A DNA stretch of 34,549 nt from Nemertoderma westbladi (GCA_032718475.1 JAUCBJ010008190.1:1-34549), one strand, 5' to 3'. Counted from the stretch's first letter, positions 12,269 to 24,059 are shown. The notes: a model not told the origin generated them from the letters alone. Numbers and translations: made by a program.

Positions 12269-13141
12269 AAAAGACGTAATTGTTAACGCGTTTAGCAGCA
12301 AAATTAGGCCGTAGGAATACACTCTGAGTGTAAAGCCTCTCACACTCGTTTTAAGTCAGCTTAGGGAGCTGATTCGGGTTTATTGTTTTGGTTATTCCCG
12401 CTTGGCTCATATATTCGAACAGTTAGCTCTCTATTAAGTAATCGATAGAGAAAGGAACGAGAATTTAGCAGGAGCCGTAGAAAATTGGGAAATATATTAG
12501 CGGACGGCAGATTAGCGCCATCCAACGGTAAGTAGCGGTTTTGTACTCAGCAGCCCTACATTAGCAATTATACGCTCCTGATTGCCCTGTTTAATAAATA
12601 GAGCAGTTTTGTGTCTTTATTGGTTAGGCCGGGTAGTTTGTTCGAAACAGAACCCATCCAAATAATAAAGTCAATCAACATTAACGCCAGGCGACCTACA
12701 AAGATCGAGATCGAGCAATACCAGTACCTGGACGGCATTGACTTCTCCATACCCGAACTGGATGTCCCAAAAAGGGTCTCTCATAGTCGGCATGGACTGT
12801 CCGATGGCCCATGAGAGACTACAGACCTTGTTCAGCGAGGATAGGATTATGATGATAGGATACCCGGTGGCCATTCTCACTCCATTCAGATGGATGCTCA
12901 GTAGCCCAATAAAAATGAGAATCCCGATTAGCGTGTCCGAATCCTCAGGGTGCATGTTCGCGGGAACAATGAGGGAAATGGAGGATGAAGGAGCAGATGA
13001 GCAACTCAAGAGGCTGCTATGGCAGGACTTTGAGGGGTTAAAGGAGACCGGGGTGGGAACCTCGATGGAGGACAAGCAGGCGCAGGAGAGCGTCAGGAAC
13101 TCGATGAAGTGTGAGGGGGGGGGGGGGCATATATCATAGGG

Positions 13142-14038
13142 ATGGTATGGAAGCAGCCAAAGGTGCCCCTAACAGACAACAAGAGGATGGTCATGATGAG
13201 GCTTCGAAAATTAAAGCAAACGCAAGGATGGTGGTGGTTGAGGATGGTGGTTGACGCTTCTGCCAAGACGAACAGCAAGAGCCTAAACGATTACCTACTG
13301 GAAGGACCCAATATCTACAACTCGGGGATAGAGGTCCTGTTAAGGTTTAGAAGTGGAAAACATGCCTTCACATGCATTATAGAGGGCATGTTTAACCAAG
13401 TGCGAGTGACTGAGGAGGATAGCGATAGCCAGCGCTTCCTGTGGTACAACGGCGATGAAGAACCGTCGGAGATACCGATGTACAAGATGGTAGTGCAGAA
13501 TATGGGGGCCAAGTCGTCCTCATTTACCACGACTACAGCCATAAGAAACACGGTGCAGTGCAAAGAGGGGGAGTACAGCGAGAAGGCAATCGATATGATT
13601 CGACGCAGGTTCTATGTGGATGATGGAATGGGTTCTGGAAACTCCATTAAGGAGATCCTCCACACAGGGCGCGAAGTTCGCGACATCCTGAAGAAGTCAG
13701 GATTTAACTTGACCAAATTCCAGTCTAACTCTAAAGAATTCATGGAAGCTATAGAGGATAAACAACCGGAGGTAAAACTAGATAAACCTATGATGGTAAA
13801 GGAGCAAATCATGGCGGACAAGAGAGTAGAATCGCAGCAGAAGGTACTAGGGATCGTATGGAACCGGGAGACAGATGAGTTGGAGTATAAACTAAGTCAG
13901 GAGTGTGCTGGGATCCATACTAAATGGGGCTATGTGTCATACATAGCAAGGATTTACGATCCGCTAGGTCTAACATCCCCGTTGTTTGTCACCAGGAAAC
14001 AAATATTGAAGAAGGTCTACAAGATCAAAGACGACTGA
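13142..14038 (+). pseudogene. pol: BEL/Pao reverse transcriptase with an N-terminal internal deletion
   Basis: LRMVVDASAK, SLNDYLLEGPN, VLLRFR, IEGMFNQV, QRFLW, FYVDD (Y at 13613), GFNLTKFQSN, KVLGIVW, IYDPLG. Confidence 0.93.
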
Positions 14039-14045
14039 GGTCCCA

Positions 14046-14546
14046 GTGGAAATAAGTAAACAGTGGGAGAAATGGACAGGGAGTCTCAAAGAAATTGGGA
14101 CTTATAGTATGCCACGTGTATACTTCCCGGATAGGGACATGAGCGAGTTAGAACTGCATATCTTCCCCGATGCATCCCTGGAAGCATATGGTGTGTCGCT
14201 TTATTTGGTACAGCGGAAGGGGACTCATAAGCCCCGGCTTGCATTTAGTAAAGCGAGGTCAATGCCACCAGTTTCAGCATCAGTGCCGAAACTCGAGCTA
14301 ACGGCTGCGAGACTAGGAGTGAGACTGACAGCATACTTGGTGGACACGATACCAAGTATAGTAGAGACACACTACTGGACAGATTCCATGGTAGTGTTGG
14401 GATGGTTGCATAATGAGAAGACGCATTATCCCATATTCATGGCGAACAGAGTGGATGAGATAAAAGCAACATCAGACTTGGAGAAGTGGCACTACTGCCC
14501 AACTGATGACAATCCATCGGATTTGCTATCGAGGGGCACTTCCTGA
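14046..14546 (+). pseudogene. pol: BEL/Pao RNase H (Pao peptidase A17-type domain)
   Basis: ELHIFPDASLEAYG, AFSKARSMP, VPKLELTAA, YWTDS, FMANRV, WHYCPTDDNPSDLLSRG. Confidence 0.92.
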
Positions 14547-14569
14547 ACAACAGGTCGAAGTGGCCACCA

Positions 14570-16038
14570 ATGAAGAAGGTAGATCCAAGTACAGAGGAAG
14601 TGATAGTGGAGGATGAGGGAGAGGAATCAGAAGGGGAAGAAATATTTAGTCAGTTAGTGAGGGAGATTAAGGAGGCGCCTCCACGATCTAAGGCGATAGA
14701 GTTGTGCGATAACCCAATGGATAGGCTGCTCAGTTACAGTTCCAGCTGGTATAAGACGGAGAAGCTAGTAGCATATCTGAGGGCCTACAGAGAATTCCTT
14801 AGGGGAACTGGTAAATACACTAAGATGAAACCTACCATCGATCTGGAAGGAGCGGCTAAAGCCGTGATACGATATGAACAAAGGAAGGGATACGGAGACG
14901 AGGTAGACCGCATCAGCAAACAGCAACGCCTTCGTCAGGACAACGAGCTCAACGCGCTGTCACCACAATTGGACAAGGATGGGATCCTGGTCATGAACTC
15001 TAGGGTAGTGAACAACAGCAGTGCCCTAATCAATCCCACCAAAGCAGATAATAATCCCCAACAAGTCACCAATAATCTACCAGATCATATGGGACGCCCA
15101 TAAGTCCATATTACACAGGGGTACCAACCAGACCCTAACTGAGATTCGGAAGACATTCTGGGTAATCCAGCTTAGGAAGATGGTGAAGGCAGTAGTGGAG
15201 CAATGTCAGACATGTCGACAGACGAAGAAGGAAAGGGCCATGCAGGAGATGGCACCATTGCTGACCAACAGGGTGAGGCATCACGACCCACCATTCACAC
15301 AGTTGAACAGTTGAGGTACTATACTAAGATAATGGGACTAACTTCGTGGGCGCAGAGAATGAGTTAGCGGAGGCTCTTGACATCTTGGAGGTCGAAGATG
15401 TCAAGGCAGCGATGAGGAAACACCTAATCAGATGGGAGATGAGAACGTCATACGCACCACATACGCTGGGATGCATAGAGTGACTCGTGGGAAGCTCCAA
15501 ACAACTCATGACCAAACTCATGAATAACCATATGGTCACTGAGGACGTACTAAGTACAGTGCTGGCAAAATACGAGGGAGTCATCAACAGCCGCCTGCTG
15601 TTGATGCCCGAGAACGACGATCCATAATCACTGGACGTCCTAACGCCAGCACACTTCTTAATGGAGAGACCAGCGACGATTGACATGAGAAACATCGATC
15701 CAGATGATATACATTTGCGTCAAAGCTGGAAGGTGGCTAAGGCGATAAGTGCAGAGTATTGGACAAGGTGGATCCAAGAGTACCTTCCAACACTGCACAA
15801 GAGGAGCAAATGGAGGAATAACCAGAGGTAGCTTAGGAAGTGTGACTTGATAATAGTCACAGATGACATGATTTTCAAGAATCACTGGAGGCTGGCTAGG
15901 GTAGTGGAATGCTACCCCGGCGAGGATGGAAGGATTAGATCCATGGAAGTGAGGATCAGAGGAAAGATAGGGGCTAAAGATAGGAAGACCTACAGGAGGG
16001 TGGTAGGGAAGTGTTGCCTATTGGATGGGTCGCCCTAA
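14570..16038 (+). pseudogene. pol: Integrase region: HHCC zinc domain, partly deleted core and DUF5641-like C-terminus
   Basis: H..LHRG...FWV...CQTC at about 15100-15220, DNGTNFVG at about 15328, LTPAHFL, YWTRWIQEYLPTL, WRLARVVECYPGEDGRIR. Stop at 16036-16038. Confidence 0.88.
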
Positions 16039-16164
16039 TTAGTTGAGTCGTCCAATATATTGGACTGAGGGGGGTGGGAATGATGGCGAAACACTCAACT
16101 TCCCACACACTAAACAAAAAAATAATAAAATAAAAATAAGTTGTAAATAGTAGTACCAAGGTAC

Positions 16165-16720
16165 ACTTTAGGTAGATATTATGTACGTCTGATGGGTACG
16201 GACGTACCAACGTACATAATATTTAGGTGTAGTTAGTTACAATTATGTACGTTCGATGGGTACAAAAATGTACCAACGTACCTAGTGTACATACACACCA
16301 CACGCTGGGTCAATGGGACCAATACTAATATGTAATACTTACTATTGTGGGCACTGAGGGCACCACGTGAGGAGTTAAGGGGGGGGGGGGGGTATGTACG
16401 CATACCGTAGTAGAAGGATACATAGTACCATAGATACTAATACGCACTACTGTGGGCACTGAGGGCACCACGTGAGGAGTTGAGGGGGGGGGGGGGTATG
16501 TACGCATACTGTAGTAGAAGGGTACATAGTACCATAGTGAGGATTAGGAGGGGTATACATTGCGTACGTCTGATGGGCACAATGTGCCAACATACATAAT
16601 GAATACCAGCACAAGCTGGGTCAATGGGACCAATAATAACACGTAATACATACTATAGTGGGCACTGAGGGCGCCACATGAGGAGTCGAGGGGGGTATGT
16701 AGGCGTAGTAGAATAGGCCA
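16165..16720. repeat. Degenerate tandem repeats in the post-pol spacer
   Basis: GTGGGCACTGAGGGC(A/G)CCAC at about 16347, 16452 and 16658 is the reverse complement of the 1655-2330 core. TACGTCTGATGGG-type units occur at about 16184, 16248 and 16565. Confidence 0.85.
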
Positions 16721-17219
16721 TGTAGGCCACACGAACTAGACTACTATAGCGCATAGCCCATAGTACAGATTTAGGGTATTGTTACAGAGCCAGGAGACTG
16801 TCTGGTAGGAAGCTAGTACGACAATAGGAAAACTGTAGCTAGTCTTTTCTGTATACAAGTAGAAATGAATTACTTACGTAGTAATTAATTAGCAGATAGA
16901 ATAATAGCACATATGGGGGAGATAATAATAAAAATTAATAAAATTATAGCAACTGGGAGGAAGAATTCTAGAATCATTACTAAAAGCAATGGACAAAATT
17001 GCAAATTAGGACCAAAAATTGACACATAGGAAAATATTTGTACCAAAACTAGCAAAAAGAGCAGATAGGAGGTAGGCCATTGCTGATCAAAGCTAATAAG
17101 ATCTTATTTAGTAACCCTCTTACCTAACTGAGCCTTTCTAAGGCCCCACCAACACAAACGACTCCCGAAGGGTCATATAAAGCGCACGCGCTACAGGATC
17201 AGTTTAGGGAGATGCTCGA

Positions 17220-20200
17220 ATGACGACTGGTCGGGACCTACGGGACGCCTTCGTTGGACAACACGATCGACGAGCATCTTCGCTACGTTGTAAAGGGGGA
17301 CAAGGCTAGGTTCGGGATACCGAAGTACACGAGGGAACCACCGAGGAAGGAGTGGAGGAGGTTTGTAGATTCTGTGGAGAGGGGTTGGATACATGGTCAA
17401 TGGTCCTAGACGACGAAGGGACAGTGGAGGATGACGAGGGCTCGAGAAGGGGGTCTGGAGGATCGGCTAGAACCATATTGCTGCACATAGTGGCGCCGAA
17501 TGGAGATATCTTTCGATTCGACCTAGGTACCTACGGGAAGATGAGCGGGCCGAAGTTAAACCGGTTACTGAACGTGGTGCAGGAGCTAGTGAGGCTGAAG
17601 ACTATGGTCAAGGTGGGATCGACGATACCCGGCAACGCGGAAAGGATTATTGGACTGGGCACCCCGAATCTTCTGAACATGCAGGTAGTCTACATGGCTA
17701 TGTTGAAACCAGACGGATTGGGATTGGTGGACAACACGGGACATTACAGAGCCGTGGCGATGGGCCAGCTGATACTACTACTACTACTATGATCGGCATG
17801 CTGCATTGCAGCTGCATTTTTAAGAATGCTGTGCCGGCTTGTCAACAAAATTGCACCGCCACAACTCCCTATCACCCATGACATTTGCTAGATCATCCGC
17901 ATCTTTAAGGCCAGTGTCCTTTAAGATGCGTCTCAAGAAAGTCATGGGCTGTCCACCATGCTTATTCACTCAATGAGGCTGCCAAAGTACAAGATTATGC
18001 ACTGGCTGGTCCTCACGGCGAAAGCAATGTCCTGCAAAGCGGAGGCGATTTTGTTCTAGTGTCAAGCTTGGGGGAACCAATGAGACACCTCCAATGTTAT
18101 ATAGTGTCTGGTTGGAGATGTGTGCATTGTACTTGACACAATGAACCCGGCGTAGCATTCTTGTGAATGTGCCATCCAGAGATTTGGTGTCCTCAGCAGT
18201 TAGAGCCCAGCATGGACTCCCGTAGAGGAGTACTGGAACTACTGCTGCTCTAAATAATCGGACCTTAAGTTTCCGATTAATTCTCGGTGACTTCCAAATC
18301 CTGGAAAGCCTATTCAAGGCTGCCCATGCCTTTCCCTTACGTATTCGAAGGTCCTCACCTGACTTCCGGATCCATGATCCCAGGTAACAGAAGTCGTCCA
18401 CATGCTCAATGATGATGGGACTCGTCTGCCACAAGCCGATGGAGTGGAACAAGTTCCGGGAGGAATATGGAGTGGAGCTTGCAAACTCACTCAAATGGGG
18501 AGTGAGACTGGGGAAGGAGGAGCTTTCCGGAAGGGAGCGATAAAGATATATCAGAAGAGATATATCTTACAGGAGGACTGGATAATGATAGGTTTGCTGA
18601 ACCTATTTATCATGGTGATTATTGGCAGGGAGCCAATGGTGTTTCTACTAACAGGAGCAGCTCTGAGCCACAGGAGAGCCTTTAAGGTGGCCCTAGAAGG
18701 TCTTGTAGACCACCCGGGGCTGAATGGCGAGTCGGTATATCACGATACCTGACACCTGGTGGACAGAGAGCTAGACACACCATACAAGCGGTGGGAGAAA
18801 CAGGAGGCGGATAGAGAAGAGGAGAGGAGACTAGAGGAAGTCACCAGCAGAGAGAGAAGGGAGGCAGCAGGCAGAGAGGCAGATATAAGGGGAGGGTAGT
18901 ACGAGTTTGAAGCCCAAGACTTGGATGAGTTGAGGTGGGGATCGGAGATCTCGGGCAAGTTTCGGCTCGGGGGTGAGCTGGATTGGATGGAAGAGACACC
19001 GATACAGTCTACATCGGGGCTGCAAAGAATGCCGATGCCCGCAGGGTCTGAGGGTGACTTCGGAAGGAAGAGACCAAGGGAGGTGGAAGGGTGGAAGGCC
19101 ATGGACAAATACCAGGCCTGAAAGGACACAGTGGATCAACCGGGATCCCGGGTTTGGATCCACTCCCGACAGGTGATGAGGTGGATGACGAGTTCGGGGC
19201 GATGCTGCTGATAGAGAGAATCGGCTGGTCGGACATGGACTGGGTGGATGGGAGAGTGGTGAAAGCCAGCAGGGCGAGAGCTTTCTGGGACGCACCCGGC
19301 AAGTGGACCTGGGAGTACAGGGAGCCAGCAATGGACTTCCCGGCGAACACGATTCGACTGGGCAAGCAACCGGGGACGGCACCACGGTAGTGTTTGGAGA
19401 AACGATGCCAAGGGAGGAGGAGGACGTCGACATGGGTAGGGAGGACAACATCGAGATGTTTACCTACCAGCGGCTCCACAGACCCAGGAGGCTACGTGGA
19501 GCCAAGGACGACTTGGGGTGAGAGACAGTAATAGACAGTTGCGATTACTGTGGGAGACTAACCCATCAGCATAAGAACTGTCTGTACCATTACCAGAAGG
19601 GGAGGGCATGTCTTTACTGCCGCGAGTCCACGCACAGGATGGGCGCGTGTCCAAGGTTGCACCATAGGTGTTCGAAGTGCAAGTTTAGGGGGCACTTTGA
19701 GCGCCAGTGCGACTGGATGGAGGACAAGGATAAGTTTCGCATTTTCGAGGAGTGGGCTGACATCGGAGTCATGACAAGCCATCATGGATGAAGGCCCAGG
19801 AGTTCCGGTGGGGCTTCTTCAATATTAATCTATGAGCCCACGATTACCAAGAGGAGACTACCATTCACGTATCAGGTGGTAGCGACAGCAGCATCATATG
19901 GAGGGGTCATCAACACCCAAAGATATCTGGATAGATGGTCACCAGAAAATAGGATAGAATTCAGGAATTTTCTGGTGGAACACGTGCGATGAAAATGATC
20001 TTGTGGGACGCTACCAGGGGGAAACAAGAGGGACACTCAGTGGGACCACCTGTGAAGCGATACCATGAGTTAATAACGCCCGCACCCAAGGATCCAACAA
20101 CGGGGCTTGGTAAGACAGTATCAGCGAGGTTGAGTAGCCTCAAGAGTAAACAGGAGGGGAGAAAGCGACCCAGGCAGGACGACAATAGGGGTAAGGAACT

Positions 20201-20237
20201 GAGATGGTTCCCGGAGGGAGCGGGAGGAGCAATATAA
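17220..20237 (+). pseudogene. Extra ORF after integrase: putative DEDDy-type 3'-5' exonuclease domain plus three CCHC zinc knuckles (decayed, split by a LINE)
   Basis: MVLDDEG (DxE at 17409-17417), TILLHIVAPNGDIFRFDL, MVKVGSTIPGNAERI, then QKRYILQED after the LINE. Three C-x2-C-x4-H-x4-C knuckles lie in one frame at 19540-19710. Boundaries are approximate. Confidence 0.6.
17773..18411 (-). mobile_element. 5'-truncated RTE-like LINE 3' end (RT thumb and C-terminus with a short tandem-repeat tail)
   Basis: DFCYLGS, KAWAALNRLSRIWKS, KVRLFRAAVVPVLLYGS, RLRFAGHCFR. A (TAG)n tail lies at 17773-17790 and TGAT is present at both junctions. Confidence 0.9.
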
Positions 20238-20905
20238 AACTCTAAGACTGATTACAGGCGATGTCGACGTGCCTGGAGGCACCGCATGGACAGACCAGTA
20301 CAAATAATTCCTAAGTGCAATTAACACAAGTGCAATTAGTATGTACGTAGGTAATCAATCAATGTTAGAGAAATATAATATACGTACTATAGTCAGATAT
20401 AACCTTTTCCAATTAGCTATTGGGACTGGGGACTAATTGACTGAAACAGGAGGGTGGGACGATGATGGATCTCATTGACATGATGTACACATGCATGAGG
20501 CCCAACAGAAGTGAGTGAGAATGAAACGGGTTGAGTATGGGAGAAGTATGGGGAGGAGGTATTACGGTATGGGGAAGTAAAGAGTGCGAGATTCAGGAGT
20601 GGGGAGCGAGTGTGGAGGGGGATGAGTCCTATGGGACTAGTGAGAGAGGAACGGACAACAAAGTCCGAGATATAAAATTGTGTGAGGAGTGAGGGCGATC
20701 GTCTAAAACAGATACGCCAGATGCCTTGGTACAGCTTAGCTCGTAGATGTACCAAGGATGGGTAGTGAAAACAGACCCAGGGGGGCCAGCCTGGAAAGTT
20801 GACACCGAGAAGAAAATTCCACCCCACATCCAATACTAGATTGGATTCCAGCGGAATTGAAGCGCAATTAAGGTTGATTCTATCTTCTCACCGGGAAGAT
20901 AGCAT

Positions 20906-20913
20906 GGGGGGAG
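20906..20913 (+). other. Polypurine tract (plus-strand primer site)
   Basis: GGGGGGAG immediately 5' of the TGT of the right LTR. Confidence 0.85.
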
Positions 20914-21521
20914 TGTAAGCGGATTCAATTCCCTGCACTACCCAGTGGAAAATGGGGAAAGTGGCTTTTACCAATTATAGTTGGGAAGGTGACATTACTA
21001 ATATAATGTCACCTAATAACCAACTTAGGCAATACACATTGCCAGCCACAAACAGAGTTGAGAGGCCATAAGCCATCTCAAGGGGTAAAGGGGCTAGCGA
21101 CAAGGGATAGTGGCAACAGGGAGTGCCGAAGTGGAGATTAATAGGTTAGCCAATGATGGGACGGGAAACCATGTAATTGAAGCGCATCCATTGGCCAGGC
21201 CACTTAGAGCAGTAGGAGTAACCAATATGTGTTGATAATATAACCGTTGTATTTATTGCTTATGATTCAGTTGGTATGTGTAGAGTTGTGAGACCGGAAC
21301 GACTTTTAACCGTCGTCATTACCGTGCTATTATATTCTGATTGTGCTAGTATTATATTCTGACATTACGAACAACTGCCACTACAACTCAGTTATTCAAA
21401 CGGCCTTCGGCCTTCTAGATTCAGACATCAGCCTTTCAGCAGGCTACGGACGCGGCGACGCGTATAACCCAAACAACACACCGGTCGGGATCCAGACTGC
21501 CAACTCCAGGATCCCGTCACA
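20914..21521 (+). repeat. Right LTR (608 bp)
   Basis: TGTAAGCGGATTC...ATCCCGTCACA is a direct repeat of 5325-5911 and is followed by CCCTT. Confidence 0.93.
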
Positions 21522-21765
21522 CCCTTTGGCAATTAATTGGCAAACTAAAATTATTTTGTGATTGTTTTTCAGTGATGGTTTGAAATACATTTTGTTACCC
21601 AATGATACATTTTCGTTTACCAGCCCCATACATGACTCAGTTTCGTGTTTAGACCACATCGTATCCACCGCTGATTTCCATTCCATTATTAGATTTATCA
21701 CTGTCCTCTAAGTGATCTTGTGTATGGCGTTGAATGTTAACAAAAAACGACGTCTTTTACATTTA

Positions 21766-23939
21766 CCCCTTAACCCGGGGGGGGGGGGGGGGGGGGGTAT
21801 CATTTTGACCTTTCCTCGTGTTTTTTTTGTTATAACTCCGAAACAAACGTAGTTGGGAATCGGAAATTTTATAACTTCAACTAAAAATCTATTGCCTTCC
21901 TAATAATGGAAACCGTTTTCAAAAACATTGGAAACTTTTCGAGTTATAGCACCATTTTTTAACCCTACTTTTGGCACTTTTTTTGAGACGTTTTTCGAAA
22001 AATACATTTCATGAAATATGATTTGAACATTTCTATTTTTGATTTACACCGGTTTTTTGGTGTTTAAAATTAGATGGAATTCGTATAAGTTAATTTAGAA
22101 ATTTCGTACTTATTTTTTTAGGAGGGTGCAAAATTTTGGTGCCAGCACCAAATTTTGAAGTATGTAAATTTTGAAAATTAATTGTTTGAACCTGTTTTTT
22201 GCGTAAAAGGGGTTTTTTGGGGTTCTGATTTTGATGGAATATATACGTGTAGTACCAGGCGTATCGAACCTGCACTTTTCGAAGCTGTGTGCAAAATTTG
22301 TTGCCAGCAAGAAGTTTTGAAAACCCATTCAATAGTTCAATTGCTTGTGACAACTTATTTCCCGCAGTGTAGATGTATATGGCGGTTCTGAATTTAATGG
22401 AATAAATAATTATCTAACTAGACTTCTCAAACTTGTATTTTTCGGAAATTTTGGTGCAAAATTTGGTGCTAGCACCAAATGTTGAAAACCATAAAATACA
22501 TCAATTGCTTGTGTGACCTTGTTTCTTGCGTTATACGGGTTTGTGAGGGTTCTGAATTCAATGGAGTAAGTAAAAATTGCATACGAGTTATCTAACTTAT
22601 ATTTTTCGTCGGTGGGTGAAAATTGTTGTGCCAGCACCAAATTTTTTAAATTAAAAAATTGACCAATATGTAAGCGGATTCAATTCCGTGCACTACCCAC
22701 CGAAAATGGGATTAGTGGCATTTTACCAATATAGTTGGCGATGTGGGATTACCAATAATATTCTCACCTCATAACCAACTGGGGCGACACACGCCGTAAG
22801 CCACAGAGAGAGGTGAGAGGTCAAACCACCTCAGAGGGACAAACAAGCTAGTAAGGCTAGTACACAAGGGGTAACGGTAACAGGGAGTGGCGAGGTGAGA
22901 ATTAATCAGCCAATAGTGGGCGGGAAAGCACATTGGGGAGGATAAGAGCGCATCCATTGGATATTAAGGCCACCCAGTAGTGTAGGGCTAATGGAATATG
23001 TGTCAATGATATAACCGTTATGATTACTGATTACCGGTTTAGTTGGTTTCCTTCCAGTTGTGAGACCGGAATAGTTTTGACCGTCGTCACTAACCGCTGT
23101 ATTGCATATTATTATATTCAGACTGTGCTATTATCAATTACTGTGATTATAAATACTGACAACTTAACCCTGTCATTTTCAACGGCCTTCGGCCTAATAT
23201 ATATCCAGTACCAGCTCAGCAGCACACGGACGAGGCGACGCGTACAATCCACACACCGGTCGGGATTCACCACTGCCAACTCCAGTGGAATTCGTCACAC
23301 AATAGATAGTATCATCTTGTTTCTTGCGTTATACGGGTTTATAAGGGTCCTCAATCCGACGGAATCAATAAAAACAGCACTGGACTTGATATCTTAAACT
23401 TGTACGATTTGGTGATGGGTACGAAATTTGGTGCTAGCACCAACATTTGCCATGTTGCGCCGAAAAATACGTGTAGCAATGATCTGGCAAATTAGAAATA
23501 TATTCCATTAGAATCAGCGCCCCAGAAAACCTATAAATGTGTATTTATAGCATCGTATAAGTGAATTACAAATTTCGTGTTCAAACCGAAAAGTGCTGGT
23601 TACTTGTTTTTTTACATTTTTTGCTTACGTAGAGGACTAAAACAGCCATTTATAGTAATTAGATCAATTTTAAATATTTTTCAATGGATTTTGCGTACCA
23701 TAAAACCTGTATTGAAAAACAATTAGCCGAAAATTGTAACGTTCAAATTTTATGAAAATTGTTAGCTACTTGTAATTTTGGTGCTGCAAAATAACCACCC
23801 GGTACATTGTTTCGAAAAATTTTTTTTCGGTCGGATACGGACTAGTGAAATCTACGTACAAACAAAAAATCAGACGTCTTAGTTAATATTTGTAGATTTT
23901 AGACTTTGTACAACATTTTATAGCCCGGTACTAATAGGG
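21766..23939. mobile_element. Putative non-autonomous piggyBac-like DNA transposon relic with internal palindromic repeats
   Basis: Right end CCCGGTACTAATAGGG|TTAA (TTAA at 23940-23943) and degenerate left end TTTACCCCTTAACCCGGG plus poly-G. The motif TTTGGTGC(T/C)AGCACCAAA recurs near 22135, 22300, 22462, 22625 and 23427. Confidence 0.5.
22669..23299 (+). mobile_element. Solo LTR of a related BEL/Pao subfamily
   Basis: TGTAAGCGGATTCAATTCC...CGTCACA is homologous to, but clearly diverged from, the paired LTRs. It has a perfect 5-bp TSD CAATA at 22664-22668 and 23300-23304. Confidence 0.93.
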
Positions 23940-24059
23940 TTAATGCTCTTACTTGTTGGGATATTCATTATACTATTAATCACAAAACGTCTCTAAACTA
24001 ATCATTGATAATATGCTGCATAGTTGTACGCTAGATTTAATCCTCAAAAAAAGGATGAT

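Larger units (their letters stand above)
10328..12649 (+). mobile_element. 2322-bp non-coding TG...CA insertion, probably a large solo LTR of an unrelated LTR retrotransposon
   Basis: Starts TGTTA and ends AAACA, with 5-bp TSD GAACC at 10323-10327 and 12650-12654. The paralogous copy near 3790 shows the empty site. CCAAT (about 10880), TATAAA (10919) and AATAAA (12593) suggest + orientation. Confidence 0.85.
10032..13141 (+). pseudogene. pol: Aspartic protease region, split by the insertion at 10328-12649
   Basis: LLAVVPVRI...VVDSGAAF (D at 10143) before the insertion and SLIVGMDCP...AILTPFRWMLSSP after it. Confidence 0.85.
5325..21521 (+). mobile_element. BEL/Pao-superfamily LTR retrotransposon, decayed, with nested insertions and an extra 3' ORF
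   Basis: Paired TGT..ACA LTRs (5325-5911, 20914-21521), domain order gag-PR-RT-RNaseH-IN with BEL-type motifs, and a PPT before the 3' LTR. Many stops, frameshifts and deletions. Confidence 0.93.

Noticed and set aside
1-18411. The two RTE pieces (1-1193 and 17773-18411) as halves of one insertion
   Set aside because: On the minus strand the 3' piece lies upstream of the 5' piece and has its own tail and junctions, so they are separate insertions.
17220-20237. Extra ORF as an env glycoprotein
   Set aside because: There is no signal peptide, Cys-rich ectodomain or C-terminal anchor. One hydrophobic stretch near 18585-18660 follows the ExoIII-like motif, and the motifs fit a nuclease and zinc knuckles better.
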